Assembly (NCBI GenBank): GCA_002633005.1
Contig: NMRA01000080.1
Coordinates: forward strand, 35,985 to 99,984
Length of the DNA stretch: 64,000 nt
Reading direction: 5' to 3'
Source: Phoronis australis
Taxonomy: Eukaryota; Animalia; Phoronida
Shown: positions 15,084 to 29,289 of the stretch, in pieces
Position numbering within the stretch: the stretch's first letter is position 1
Layout of the letters: every line of letters starts with the position of its first letter
Made by a program: the position numbers and the translations under genes
The notes under the pieces: generated by a model
The model's database searches: none
Told to the model about the DNA's origin: nothing
The model's input: the letters and a program-made list of their open reading frames with translations, nothing else

Positions 15084-17816
15084 CAGTGGCGGATCAGCGT
15101 TTTCAGTAAGGGGGGGTGGTTAGGATTCCCGCAAAGGTCGAATCCGAGGCGCGTGGCGCCGAGCGGGTGAAGGGAGGTCGGGTTTACCCCCCTCCCGTGT
15201 AACACAACTTTTTGTTTTTGTAGCCAAACAGTGAAAGTTCCATGCATCCTGGTACGTTTCCTGCACTTAACATGTAAACTGGAGTTATTCATAAGATAAT
15301 TAATAACCCTTCTCGATTTCGTCACATGAACTTTGCTCATAAGTTTCGTGAATCTAGATTTGTGCACATCTGGGTATGAGTCGCACCACCAGCAAAAAAA
15401 TTTGTTGGAAGATCTGCTTACACACACCTTTTTAGCATACGAAAAAGTGTGACGTATATACAGGGGCTTAGACAACTACCAAATATTCAAGAGCGTAAGG
15501 AGCACCGACGGGGCATAAAAACTTGAATATCAGATGATCGCAACAGGCTCAAGCTGTTTAAGAACGAAGACCTGTACTGTTACATGTAGTACTGAAATAA
15601 ACATGTGTTCTGTCTCGTTACGAGAAAGACTGGCGAACGATGGTGCTCTCAGCTCATAGTCTATTATTACAATAAACAATTAAGTATCACTTTATTAAGC
15701 TGAATCACGTTGACAACAATTGAAAAACGTCAAATGTTTCAGGAAACAAATCATCTGAAAACAGTTTCACGAAACCAAAACATTTTGTACACCGTGGTGA
15801 AAAGATATATCGGGAGCAGTTCGCAGAGGGACCAGATGTACACTGAGAGTACACAAAATCTCTGGCCTGGTCCGTCATGAGACCAAAAGTACACCTGTAC
15901 TCATTATCCCTATAAAAATAGTCGATCTGTCGCGGGACCAAACAGTACTGGCTTAGAAAAATAGTTTTACAAAGCACACTTTGGTAAAAAAACATCACAA
16001 GACTAGTTCACCGAGGGGCCAGAAGTACACTGAAACTCGATATCTACACAAATCAAGCTGGCGTGGTCCGTCGCGAGACCTAAAGCGTACTTTGCAAAAA
16101 ATTTTGAATTGAAAACTTCTCTCTAGACACTTTTTAATCCTCAGTGGTTGCTCATACGTGTAGTTTACACATCTGGTGGTCAACTGCTGCGAGAGGTTGT
16201 CTAGGAAGGGTTTTCGCACCGTTCTGTAGTACTCACTGGAAGAAACAAGTATTGAGTACAGATTTAACTACGCACTACATGTACGTGAAATAGATTTAGG
16301 ATATGAAGCAGATAGACTCAAGTGGAAATACAAACCAGAATCAGTTTCTGTGCGCCCGTAGACCCTCTGCTCTACTTGGTAAATTTGGCATGTCCAAAAA
16401 TAATTTCTATTTCGTTTTCATTGTACACAAGCATAAAAAACCGACATCATTACAAACTGCGTAGAATTATAACTTATTACCTGGGTGTTTCTCCAGGAAC
16501 GTTAGTCCTATCCTGCTGTTGTCTGGACTGCCGAGGAATCTGTATGTCGGATCCATTAGTTTGCTTGTCTTAGAACCATTCCACCCAGACATCTTCGATG
16601 TTTGTTCCCAACGCTTACACTTCGTCAACTGCTGTGTCACTGAGCTTGTAAGCCTCTACAATGTCAGCATCTCGTTTCGCAGCTCAACTGGCACTAAGCC
16701 CCCTGATCCAAATCCATTCAAAAGACTTAATGCGCAGCTAAATTTGATCCGTTCACCATGAACTACTTCAAACCTAAACGATGTATCCCAGGACCTATTT
16801 CCATCTCTTGCAATTTTCGAAATAAACGCCCGAATGTCTGAACGCTTGAAACCCGAAGTACTAACATCAAATAAATGCCCATGGGCATGGGCGTTTCGTC
16901 GGGTGGGCTTTTTTGCGGAAATTCCCAGTATAGAAAACGGCAGTGGTGCTTATTGCGGGTAAATAGACGGTAGGTGTTGAGGTCGGCACCGTCTAGGGCT
17001 CCTTAGGAGGTCTATTGAACATCGCACGAGTCCCGCAAGACTTTGTTGTGAAAATACAGCCTCCCCGCAATTTCTGGTACTGTACACTGTTCGCGAATGC
17101 GGTCACTTTGTCAATGTGAGTGCCACCTTGGTCATTCCTTGTATAGACATAACTTGCTAGAGTGCATCTTCAAACAGACTCGCGACCAGATCACGGCGCC
17201 CGCCACAATAGCAATTCTTCGGAAAACGATTTTTTTCCAAAAGTATTACATGTACATGTACACTGTATGATATTGCGCAAGCCAACTTTACTATACATCA
17301 GTCAAATTCGAGTTACAAACGTATGGGGTGTAACAGAATGACACGCCATGACAGATGAGGTATACACGTTGCACGTCAATTCGCCTCAATATCAGGGTTG
17401 CGGCACCACAGTATTTCCCCTAATCAAATCAAAACATACCTTAGAGTAAAGAAACTAGTTACCTAAAGAAATCAGCTATAGAGCTGTTCTTTCAGCGGTG
17501 GATCCATCTAAAATCTTGGCTACTTCAGAAGTGTCGACGGAAGGGCGCGCACAATTGATCTCCGAGGTTTTGCCGATGAGCCACGAAGACTCGAAATGCG
17601 TTGATTTTCATAACAGCAATTCACAATGCAAAAAAATATATTTTCAGAGTGAACCCCCCCCCCCCTTCTCATTTTTTCCAAGTTGGTTTACTTGGGGTTT
17701 GCACACAATGGCGGTGCCGTTTTTGTTTTGCTGGAGACGTTTTTTTTTTTTAATTTTTGGGTCCTGGCTCGAGGGGGGGGGTTAGACCCCCTGAACCCCC
17801 CGTAGATGCGCCACTG
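15084..17816. mobile_element. Non-autonomous hAT-like element with 5-bp TSD
   Basis: gattt|CAGTGGCGGATC...GATGCGCCACTG|gattt, with G-runs inside both ends. Confidence 0.55.
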
Positions 17817-18329
17817 GATTTAGTGCCAAACATAACCGCAATTTGCCAAAATGACAGACAAATCACTTTTGACTCCAGCGATGCCTCGTTCAAGGTAACT
17901 TTTCTCCAATAATTGGAATAGACACTAGCCTAAACCTCTACCTGCCCTTCCTCAATGTGTTACGCCTTGAACTCATGTCTCTGTTTTCACATTGGAAGTA
18001 AAAACAACGTAAATTCATCAAATTTACTCACCTTGCCTGACTTCGCTTCTCGCAACAAATTTCGTTCTCGATCGCCTTTCGGTCGTTCTCGATCCCGAGT
18101 TGGCCGGGGTGATGTAAGTGTCATGAACCTCTGAGAGGAATAAACAAATTAAAATGTTGATTCAGAAATCCGTAATTTGCGCAGTTGCAAATGATTTTGA
18201 AAGAATAAATTTTCGAGCCTGTCGACGCCACGTGGCTTTTATTGGTGTCGGTTGTCAGGTGGGTTAAGTGTGTGCAAACGAGGAAATGCACATTTTTTTC
18301 GGAGACCAAGAATTGTACGAAGACACCTG

Positions 18330-18480
18330 CCTCCCGTTCAGTAACGCTAGGACCTCGCTAAAACGCAAGAATTCGCGAGATTATTTGAGATATTGCCGTG
18401 CATTTTAAATGAGAGCACGTGACTTTCACCAGGTCTTAGCTAAGTCCTAGCGTAGGTCTTAGCGTCTACTGAACGTACGC
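18330..18480. mobile_element. 151-bp MITE with CWG TSD (PIF/Harbinger-like); other copies at 57143-57293 and 55134-~55230 (truncated)
   Basis: ctg|cctcccgttcagta...tactgaacgtacgc|ctg. Confidence 0.75.
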
Positions 18481-20599
18481 CTGGCTTACCTCATCCAACT
18501 TTGCCCGGTGGTTTGGTAATTGGCCCATTATGTTGCACACCCAGAGGAACATATTATGGCAACATTTTAAAACTTTTAAAACGAAAATTAAAAAAAAAAC
18601 AATACTACTGTCGCCTCTAATGCGGTTATGATCGTCTCATTATTTAGGGAACGATAACATCTGCAGCCTGAGTCAATTTAAATAATTACAACAGCATGGT
18701 GTCTCTGATCTGAACCGACAAATTCTGGGTGCGCAAACCGGTCGGTTTGCTCAATTTCGACCTGTTCTACGTGGGATTCTTTTCACGTTTCTGTGATATT
18801 GCCGAGGCGACAGTGTTCGCCTCTGACAAACGTCATACCCGTCTTCTCCCTGTTAGAATTCTGTTTACGTTGCTTGGCTGTGTAGCTAAAAATACTCTCA
18901 GAAGACTCGCCTAGAAGGGGTTCCATTGAAGCTGGGGCAGAATTTTTTACATTATTAATTTCAAATTGATTTAGTAATCTCAAATAGGAGCCATTCATTA
19001 GAAAAATGATAATTAATGTATCACAGAGGTTATAACTGTTCAAAAGGTGATAATTCACAAAAATCATGAGAGTGAAAGGTGATTCGTTGCTTACGTCATT
19101 GTATTAATTCATCTTGGTAGATAATTGGCGTTTGCGTCGTGACATCGAACATACAACTGAGCATAGCGATTAAAAAAACATTTAATGTTTTACATCAGGC
19201 CTCAGTCTGAAATCGGTCTGGAATACGGACTAAACGGGGGTTAGTTGTAACTCCAACTACTAGTTCGAGGTTATAATAAATCTCAAATAGAAGTAATTTA
19301 TAGTAAAATTATCACAATTGATAAATTACAAAAAATTATAACTCTTCTAAGGGTGGCTTTTCACAAAATTCATGAGAATGAGGAGTCAGTCACCAGTTGG
19401 CGAAAGTGGCTCGACCACGCGTCGGCTCACCAAGATTCACTTTTAAGTGGATCTTGGTGAGCCGACGATATATTGTTAAAACAATATATTTGTATTGTTA
19501 AAACAATATATCGTGGAAATCGGCTAAGATCGATACAGCAGAAAAATGAAAGCCAGTTATCCGAAGCAGCAATGGTTACTTGGCATTGCTTTTGATGCCC
19601 GATATCAATGTCGTGCTTTTTCAGCTGAATATACTGCATGTGTGGTGTTAGTGTGATTGGAATATGAAAGCCGGCATCTCTGCCAATTTTGCTCAGTTTC
19701 ACATCTGCTATTCATCGAGGCAATCAATTTCTTTGTGTCCGCAAATTACTTTTTACGCAACGATATGAAACATAACGGCTAGGAGGACTGATGCTGGTGT
19801 CCCGCTAATGAATAAATAGGCGGTTGTTCGAAGCAGAGTCGTGCGTGGAAAGGTCGGTAACGTATGAGTGAGAGAAACATTTCGTCAAGTGTTATGCTTG
19901 ACCCTGTGTAATCACTGATTCCTGCCTCCGCCTCCAAACATCTTAGCCGACTCTGTGTAGATCAGCAGCAGAAACTGGCTAACAGTAAGTAAACGCTTCT
20001 TCTCAGGAAACGGCAGTTTATTGTTCATGTATTTTTTCATAAATTTGCTCTATTGAATTAATGTTACAGAACTTTTGCCCACTTGTCTCGTTTGAAAGTT
20101 TAATTTTCATCATTTAAATTTGCAAAAAAGCGATTCAAAATTTAGATCACTTACGGCTACAAAAGTTGCCTCAGCGTGTCTTTACTCAGATTAAAAAAAG
20201 AATAGTGGTGGGCTTAGAAATCTAGCATTTCATTTGCTTGAGACCATGCTCAGGGTAAATGGTGACCCGACGAGTCAGGTTAGCGTCTAGAGTCTCGCCT
20301 TCCGTCCACGCGTATTCAGTCGAAGCGACTTCTAAAATGCAAGTTTTTACAGCGCTCTCTAGTTCGACTAAGACTTTTTCAGAAAGCGACGAAAACGTAA
20401 CTTTGATTCATAATTTTTCAATCCGTAATGTTTGAGCTGAAGTTAAGTCACAAAGTTTAAACCTTTCCATTAAATTCAAGTCAACACAGGCTCCCAAAGA
20501 GTTTTTAAAACTGGAAGCTTCAGGGTAAAAACAAGCATCCTAAAACAAGAAACAAATTGAATCAGAACTGTGGACATTTAAATATTGTGTTAATGATAT

Positions 20600-20832
20600 C
20601 ATGCGCGCACCCAGGGAGGGGGTGCTCGGGGGGGGGGGGCGAAGTAGGCCAAAAGGAAACAAAAAGTCCGAGAAAACGAGACAAAAGTCCACAAAAAGGC
20701 ACGAATGCACAATTCATAGCTCTGAACGTGGTACACCGTTCTTTTTCTTTTTAGTCCCCCGTTTTTTGTTTGTAAAAGGTCCACATTGTCAAAAATTCGA
20801 GCCCCCTATATTTTAGGCTGGATGCGCGCATG
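20600..20832. mobile_element. hAT-like MITE with 5-bp TSD; partial inverted relative at ~11550-11766
   Basis: gatat|CATGCGCGCACCCAG...CTGGATGCGCGCATG|gatat. Confidence 0.75.
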
Positions 20833-23800
20833 GATATTAAAACTAAGCAAATTGTTTTGGTGATGAAAATGCTTCATGTCAATTTTACTAAATGTGTGCA
20901 TTATATAAGCATTTTAAATTTATCCATGAACCGCGATTTCAGTGATAATAACTTTTTACCCGTTTTACTGCAACTAACACGTGAAATATTAAAACCACTT
21001 TTCATACAAATGTCGACGGAGACTCGCTTTGAGACCATCTGCTGGCCTTTAGACGTCTGAACTTTCAGACACGTGAGTGATATACCTTACACGGCATCTT
21101 GTATTTTCCTCACAAAGTCTGTGGCTCCGAGTTAGTTGTCGTCTTCAAAGGGCAACTAAAATGATCCATATTTTAGGTTAAAGTTATATTAAGCGCTACA
21201 TATTTAGTTTAACTGATATGATTAAATAAGGTGGAAGCATTAGGCAGTTCGTACGCTAACATTTGGTCTTCAGTCACCCGATCAACGCTATAAGCGCACC
21301 CAAGCCAGACTGTGCGCGGAATTTCATAAAAGTTAATAAATGCGTTGCTGAAGAAAACGTATTCACTATATTTTCTCTTATAATGCATCGACTTTCAAAA
21401 TTCGAAGACGACTAATATTTAATTTTTAATCTTAAAAGCAGTCTTTTTGGTCGTTTGTCTTACTAATTATTCGTTTTACTTATATTAGTATCCTATACAG
21501 GCGCATTTTTACGCAGTTATCGGCCAAGCCCATGAATAGCGATCACTTCAACGGGTGATGGTGCCGTGAAGTGATAGTCTTTGATGTGCCGAAAAATTCT
21601 ATGGAGACTGTGCACGGATTCTCGTGCACTTGCGTGCAAATAGTGTTAGCGCACGAGTTGCCTAATGATTAGTTGGAGACTTTTGTGGGCAAAACCATAA
21701 GAGTAAATAATGCAAACTACCCCTGTTTTATGGCTGCCTTTCAACATGACCTCATCATACTATCACCCGGATAGGGACACTAAACGGTATAATCTACTGC
21801 GTTGTATTTATTATAAGAATTCCCTAACTAACAACTAAAGAGTGTAGTCATGATTGGTTTAACTATGAATGACTGTGTTAAGCAGCTATATAACACCATT
21901 TTGTGAATGGGTGACTTTCTTACAAGTACTGTGCGTTAGAAAGTTTATTGTTCATGATCTCTCGATGGCATTTGGACAACATAGAGAATCACGTATTGAG
22001 ACACCAATGTTTGGTGACCGTCCTTTCGGCCTGCCGCCAGGGCCTTATCGATTTTAGTAGATTGCCGTACAGGGAGAATAACGTACTACAAGCGCTCATT
22101 GTTGAAAAGGGGATGTTTCACCATAATCTTTGTTTCAATGTTTATTATCATATGTCAAATATAGTTACATTCCACAATTTGTACACACACGCGCACACAC
22201 ATACACCGTGGTCATCAACTGTCATTAAACTTCAAAGAGAAGGGAGAATAGCTCACCATCAGTTTAAGAATTCGTGAATTCTGGGTTCTTGCAATGAATG
22301 TATTTTTCAATTTTGTTTTAATTTAGTAATTGTGTCTGTAATACTGAAAAACTGGTAAACGGTTGTAATAGCGACATAGGTAAATATGGTATCCGTATGG
22401 GCATTTCACTCGCTAAGCGTTACCAACTGACCTTGGGTCAGAGATTACATAGGCATGCGAGATGGCATAATTGCCTGGTGCCAATAAGAAAAACGGCTGA
22501 CGACCTTAAAGAAAATTTTTAGGCTCACATGAACAATACAAGTGATTTTTCATGAAATATTCCGATTTGTGAAATACAAAAATGAAAAAATTATCAAAAT
22601 AGCATGATGTATTCAAAAGTTTTTGCTACTTATGTGTCAAAATTTGATTCTATTTCGGTAGGGTCGGCAATTTTGCGATGTCAGTAGCAAAGGTTACGGA
22701 TTTTAAGTGCTTAAATATTATTTTCACAAACATTCTAGAAGTAAAACTTAGTACCACGTGTATTTACCTACCATTGTGTACAATCCAAGAGGTTACACCA
22801 AAATTTAATCACGCAGGTGTAACTTACAAGAATACAAGTGACTGAATGTGAAGCAATATTCTACTAAACAAGTCTTGCGTGACAAAAAACGACAGGATAT
22901 GTATGAATATACACAAAAGTGCCTGATCTAATTTCAGAAGAGATGACGTGTCGGCTACAGGAATGATGATGACGTAATTCACGTAAATAGGCCTTCTATA
23001 CAACTTATAGTTGATGGAGGCTAATGACCACAAGACGTTTATACATTAAAATTTTACTTTTGATTGCAGTCGTTGCATTTACTTCATTCTGTGAATCGGA
23101 CTGGGGTCTCAGGTTTTCGACATTCTTGACATGAAAACTCTTGTCTACTAAGTGTTTGTATTTTCTCGTTGACTTTAAAGCTACCCATAGTTGTACATGC
23201 GCTCCACCAGCAGCTGATTTCCGTCTATGTCATCAGCAGCTAATTTCCGTCAATATTAGCGCATTTTCTCGAAGATCAATTTTCCGGGTAGCGTACTACT
23301 CCTGGAATAAAGTAGTTCGACATGCACTGGGCTATAAGCGATTTCTTAAAAGCTATAATTTGGCCATCGTGTTTTGCTTATGGATGTTGTAACGTACATG
23401 TAGCTTAGCTGTATAGACCTACTAAAAGAACAATCCATACAATAATGTTCATAATGATCAGCGTATGTAAATCCTATGGGTATATTAATAAGCACGCTCG
23501 TTCATTTTCAATCTTAACCAATGTTTGTAGTTTTTAGGCTACTACTTCATTGCTCTTTAAAAAACGAAAACCGTTCTTATCGTTGCTGTTTTTTGAGCTG
23601 AATACCGCCATGACGTTTATTTTTAACGAAAATTATTGAGTTATACAATTTCGCCAATATATACATGCACAGATGTTTGCTACGGTGTATGCCTGGGTAA
23701 CTTAGGAATTGCTCGCACCGGCTGTCATAACCACTGTGTCCGACTCGGGGCGGCGCTCTCAAGTGGCCCAGAAGGACCAGCGGTGAAAATTCCCGCATAT

Positions 23801-24429
23801 CATTAGAAATACACTTTTCCCGTATTATTGACGGCATCTGGAATGATAAGCTTGAGAGACACGTCGGAATTGTAAAATAATCTCGCTGTCATGGCTAATT
23901 TCCGTAATCATCTATTACGTCATCGGGGAATGCTACTTCCATGAATATTGCATTAATCCGGCATGTCAATCAAGCTATTAATCCCGGTAAATCGTGAAGT
24001 GAGCAATTACTTGTAGCTGCCACCGTCCTGCATCTTTAAGGCCTTTACCACACCTAAGCTTCGGTCAATGGGAACACTTAACTTCGGTCTTGAGTTGAAG
24101 TTACAGCGCGAGTTAAGTCCGAAGTAAAGAAGTGTATTTAAAAGATGACGGTAGTAAAAATAATGCAGCGGTTAACGGATTCTAACATACAAATAAAACT
24201 CACATTAATATTTATTGTCCAAATACTGATTGGCTGATATGTCAGTGACGTGTTGGTTGGGCATCGCTGCTTATCACATATTGCTGTGCCATATTGTGAC
24301 ACTGTTTGAAATAGTGTTGTAAAATGTTCGGTATGCCTTTTGTATGGCACTTGGTTGCTCGAAAAGGTGTCTTCCAAGGGGAGGGACATCGCATGCTATC
24401 GGTTACCCTAACCTTGGCGCAAAAATTGT

Positions 24430-25745
24430 ATACTAAATACCGAATAAAATCTGACAAAATTTTAGTGTCATTAAAATCTACTTCCTTGAGTAAACTAACT
24501 TATTTACCAGCGATATAAAAATTGGGGCTTTGTCGTTATTCTGCTGCAAAAATTTAGGTGCGTTCTTTTGGGTCGGCTTTCGGCGATGGCGTCACCTGAC
24601 CTTGATCAGTTTCTTTTCCCCCGATTCTTTTATCAAACTATTCTTCGCTCACACTACGTTGCGTACATGTCACAACAGATTAACAGAACTGGTTTCATTT
24701 CGTTACACGTGTTTAGTTTTATAATACCAGCAAAACGAATTTCAGAACGAAGTTTACTGCTGCAAAGCTGTCGTTATTTCCCAAGAGCTGTTGCATTATT
24801 TTAGGAAATTGCGCGTAGGCGTGTCACGATCGAGCGTACTGTTTTCAAAACGACGACATACTTTTCTTTGCTACAAAAGGAAGGGAATTAATGCAAGGAA
24901 ACGATGTTTATTAGATTTTTTTTCACTTCAATGGCCGGTCTACAAGTTGATATAAGTTTCTCGACAAGGTGACGAGCAGAACTCCCCAGGCAGTCCGCGG
25001 CTGAGTGAAATTCCGAGGTCTAACGTAGCCAGCCACCTAGCTGTATGAGGACTGTCGTCAAAATACAGCTAGGTACCACTGTGTGTATTTCTTCCGTAGA
25101 TCCCGAAATTGCACACAGCCAGGGTAGTTCTGCTCGTCACCTCGCCGTGAAACTTTAATTGTTTCAACATGTAAAACTAAAAACCGGACGGGGTGCATGC
25201 AAAATCTGGGAATTAACCGACACTCACCTTGCCTGTTACAACCGTTTAAGTGAAAATCAATGCAATAAATGTCATTTTCTTGCGTAACTCTCCGCCTTTT
25301 CTAACAAAACAGTACGCTCGTGTTACGCGCATGCGCCATTTCCTAAATTTTTGCGGGAGATGATGATAGCTAGGCAGCAGCAAAATTTCTTCTGAAATTC
25401 GGTTTTTCGATATCAAAATTCTAAAAACTTATAATGAAGTGAAACCAGTTCCGATAATTTGTTGTGACGTGTGCGCAACCTCGTGAAAGAAGAACAGCTG
25501 ATTGAAGAAACAGCGAAAAAAGAAACTGGCCAATAGGTGACGCAATATTTCAATGTGCCGAAAGCCGTCGCTAAAGATCACTCCACAACTTTAGCAGCAG
25601 AATAACGGTAGAACGCCATTTTTTCCAACACCGTTAAATAATTTAGTTTACTCAAATAAGATTGTAGTTTTTAATGACACTATTTTATATCACATTTTAT
25701 CTTACCACTTTTTTACCCACATCGGTGCAAAGCTGCGGCTATAGC
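24430..25745. repeat. Diverged ~1.3-kb foldback (two ~600-bp arms); related single arm at ~3660-4365
   Basis: cttccttgagtaaactaacttatt occurs at ~3765 and ~24481, with a reverse-complement-like aataatttagtttactcaa at ~25637. 25030-25085 is the reverse complement of ~4300-4362. Confidence 0.65.
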
Positions 25746-26820
25746 TAGCTGGCTAGAGTCCGCACTGCCCACAATCATGCACACCAGTGTAAATTGTTGA
25801 TACGGGTTGGTTGCACCGGCATATTTTCGTCTGACGATGACGACGAGTGGGTAATACTTTGCGTTGCTTCGGGCTCTTAGAGGTATTCCTGGCGACCCGA
25901 CATTTCGCACTAAAATTTCTTATTCCGACATTCACTTGAATGAAAAAGACCACTATACGTCTGCCTCCAACAAAACCTAGTCTCTTAGTGAGTGATTATG
26001 TTATTTACACCACTTGACTGCACGCTAAAATATTACGCTGACTTCCGCCCCACCAATTTCGTCACTAGAAGCAGCGCTCCAAGCGGGTGATTATGGAACT
26101 ATTTGAACCAATTTTTTGAGTTTCGTTAAGAAAATATACATTAATTTTTGCTGCTTAATCATGGTTGAAATTAATCAACAACTCAATGAAAACTATGCAA
26201 ACTTTACTCAGAATAAAATACAGTTCCTTTTAAAGGAGAATGCCACCCAAAAACAACCTATTTTGTATCAATTTAGATCGAGTAGTTCTACTCGATAATG
26301 GCACATTCGGTTACGTTACCTGACACCTGACGGCAGACGGAGGTTTTGAAATTATCCAATGACGTCATTGGTTTCACACGCAGTCTGCTCAGCAGTTCAC
26401 AACACGGGTTACTGGTGTCAGCTTATCGCTTGAATTCATCGTTTAACACCAATAAAAACCCTGAAAATACACCGAGTTCTTATAAAAACGTGTTGTTATA
26501 TTTCGTTGTTACGGATTTATTGGTGTTTGGACCCAGCGTAGCCTACAAAATTTGGCAGGCCAATTTACCAAGGTCCGTAGTAGGAGTTTGGAGTGTTCGG
26601 AGATAATTTCGAAGTATTCTTCCGTGAAATACAGACAAGAGAACCTAGATCTGTGTTGCTTAGACTTGTGATTTTTTGACTTCTAAACACACAAAACGCT
26701 TGTTATTTCGGCCAGTGGCTCGGAACCCGATCAGGCCCGTCGCGGTCGCCGGGACTGTCACGAACATAAACCAGCTTGAATTGGAAACTAAACTTCCATT
26801 CACGAAAAGATTATAACAGT

Positions 26821-26976
26821 CAGTGCTGTAGTGGTAAAAGTAGAGGTAAGTAGGCGTCGAAAACCCACCGCATCACCTTGAGCACTGAACGTAACTTACG
26901 GTGCGTAGGCGCTACGTTCAAATGTCAAAAGGTGGTTGGCTGCGCCTACGTGCGCCTACGCTTCACTACAACACTG
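26821..26976. mobile_element. hAT MITE (156 bp), 8-bp TSD
   Basis: ataacagt|CAGTGCTGTAGTG...CACTACAACACTG|ataatagt; second copy at 34569-34721. Confidence 0.8.
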
Positions 26977-27619
26977 ATAATAGTGTACCAAAGAAATAAT
27001 GTGCACGTGATTATTTACGTGAATTAGCCACGAAACTGAAAAACAACTTACTTGTCGGGGGCCTCGAAGTCGGGTTCACCCGCTTCCACAGACCGTCAGG
27101 GCAAAGGTTGTAGGCTACAATAACAATGATTTGAATAATGTATTTGTATTTCTAAATTATGATTCCCCTAACGTGTGACCATACCATATAAAGTTTAGTA
27201 ATTGTTTCACAACAGCTTTCTGTCAGCAAGCACTAAATTAGCATGCGCTCACACGACCTCGGTTCCCGGTCAATTATTTTTATTCATTGCCGGCATCAAA
27301 AGCCGGTAACGCGGCGGTTTATTTATTGCTGGCTTCTCAACATTTGCACTCACGAATACTGCAAAGGCATTACAAATTGTATCTAACGAAGCAGACTTTT
27401 TTTCAATTTTATATACATGTAAGCATTGGCTAGCATGAGAATAATTCATTTTTAAACAGAACGCTGAATACATGGCAACTCGCCCGGCGCCAATCCGACG
27501 AAGACTTCACGGGTCGGATCGTTACACGTTTCACAGGTTATCAGTTCGAACCGTAATACCCTGATAAAGAAATACTAGAGAGGTGCCGTGAATATGCACA
27601 GACAACGGAACGTATGGAT

Positions 27620-27849
27620 AGTTCTTTGGTAAGCCGGAATTCTTCAGAGAAATCAATGTCGATAAAATGGCGGCCACAGACACGGAGATGTTTCACGGCC
27701 TCATACTTGCTATTAACAGCGTACCTTACCTTCTTCACTACCGCGAGCCACTTCCTGAGCATTTCGAGCTCTCGAGGAAGTCGAAAAAACGATATCCCTG
27801 CTTTCTTCGCAGCTTCGTAGTTCGGACAAGCGGGAACGATGCACCGCAA
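27620..27849 (-). pseudogene. THAP-type C2CH zinc-finger fragment, probably transposase-derived
   Basis: CIVPAC...SFFRLP...RKW...LRVCGRHF..DF is the THAP signature. There is no in-frame ATG (TAG at 27879-27877) and the AVPTIF box is decayed. Confidence 0.75.
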
Positions 27850-29289
27850 TGTAGCAACATGACTTAACCATATTCGCTATTTCAACATTCACTCACAATT
27901 TCAACTGAATTTTCAATGAGTAATTAACTTAATTATCACGTTTTAACTTTGCACGTGGGTTTTCATATATCTCGTGTCAACTAGGTCAGAAGGCGCCGGA
28001 GCCAGCGGTAAGTAGACCAACAGTTCATCATTGTATACGCACTACGCGCCGGCGAGAATAATATCAAGAAACCGAGTAAGAAATGGACAATAGACATAAA
28101 GTCACTGGTTAAAGGGCGTCGTGAGCACGAGGTTGAAACAGTAAAATTTCAAATTTCCGGTCAAAATAATGAATGTCGATTATGATTTAACTTTTTTTTA
28201 TCAGCTTAACAGCTATGTTTGTGAACACTAAGTCGTAGAGGCAGTTCGGCGACTCGGACTTGGTGCATTCGTTCTCAACGGTCGTGTATGTGTGCAGACG
28301 CACAACTCCCTCCGGATAAAAAAATACTTTTTATCATTGTTTTACCCGGCATCTTTCTATGATATGTACACTTCCTTGACTCAATTTTATGTCGACTCGG
28401 TGAATGAAAGGACTGAAGGTATTTACGGAACTGCTCTGTGCCTGTCGCCGGGAGATTTGATTTAAGCGACAGCCTTGCAACCTTTGAACTCGGATAGGTA
28501 GTGAACAAATTTCCACGCTGTTGAAGGTGGTTGTACTACATCTTTTTGTCGCTATACGTTATGTGTTTCGCGTTTGAAGTTCCCCGAGAATGAAGATAAG
28601 ATATTTTTCTACACATACATGTACATTAAAAATATTGTAAAAACGGCCAATTTTGTGAATAAGATTTGAGATATCGTTAACGTCTATGCCATCGGATTTA
28701 TCGCCGGAGGTCAGTGCCTGCGTTTGACAACAGCGCTGATCGAGGCAGGGACTGGTTAATGTTCGTTAATATTTTGTTATATTTACTATTTTGACAGTAT
28801 GAGCAAGCGGTTTCAATTTATCCTTTTTTGCTGTATGATCTACATTAAAAATTACTGAACGTATGGTGTACGCAAAACGAGTTCCTGCCATACCGCCTTT
28901 GCTCGGATCACATGTTACCGGTAGCCTATTCAAGAGTCCAATATGTCATCTTCTAGTACATCGTCATCGCTACAACGTAGCAACCGTTGGCGGCTTAGCG
29001 ATGTTGACGTTGGGGGAGAGGCATAGGTTCTTGCCATTGTTGATAAGTACAAAAACTCTGTATGATCGAAGGTCATATTAGCACCGCCTTGCGATACGTT
29101 ATACTAGTTTCCTGTGAAAGCTACTTTGTTGTTAAGATGTATACACATGTCTTGACTATTAGTACATGTAAGTAAGTAAGTAATTTTTATTATAGTGACA
29201 TGTGCTGTTACAGACGAACCAAAACAATAAATACGTAACCGAACACCCAGCACACCACTGGGCTTATACATTTAAGTCACTTTAGACAC

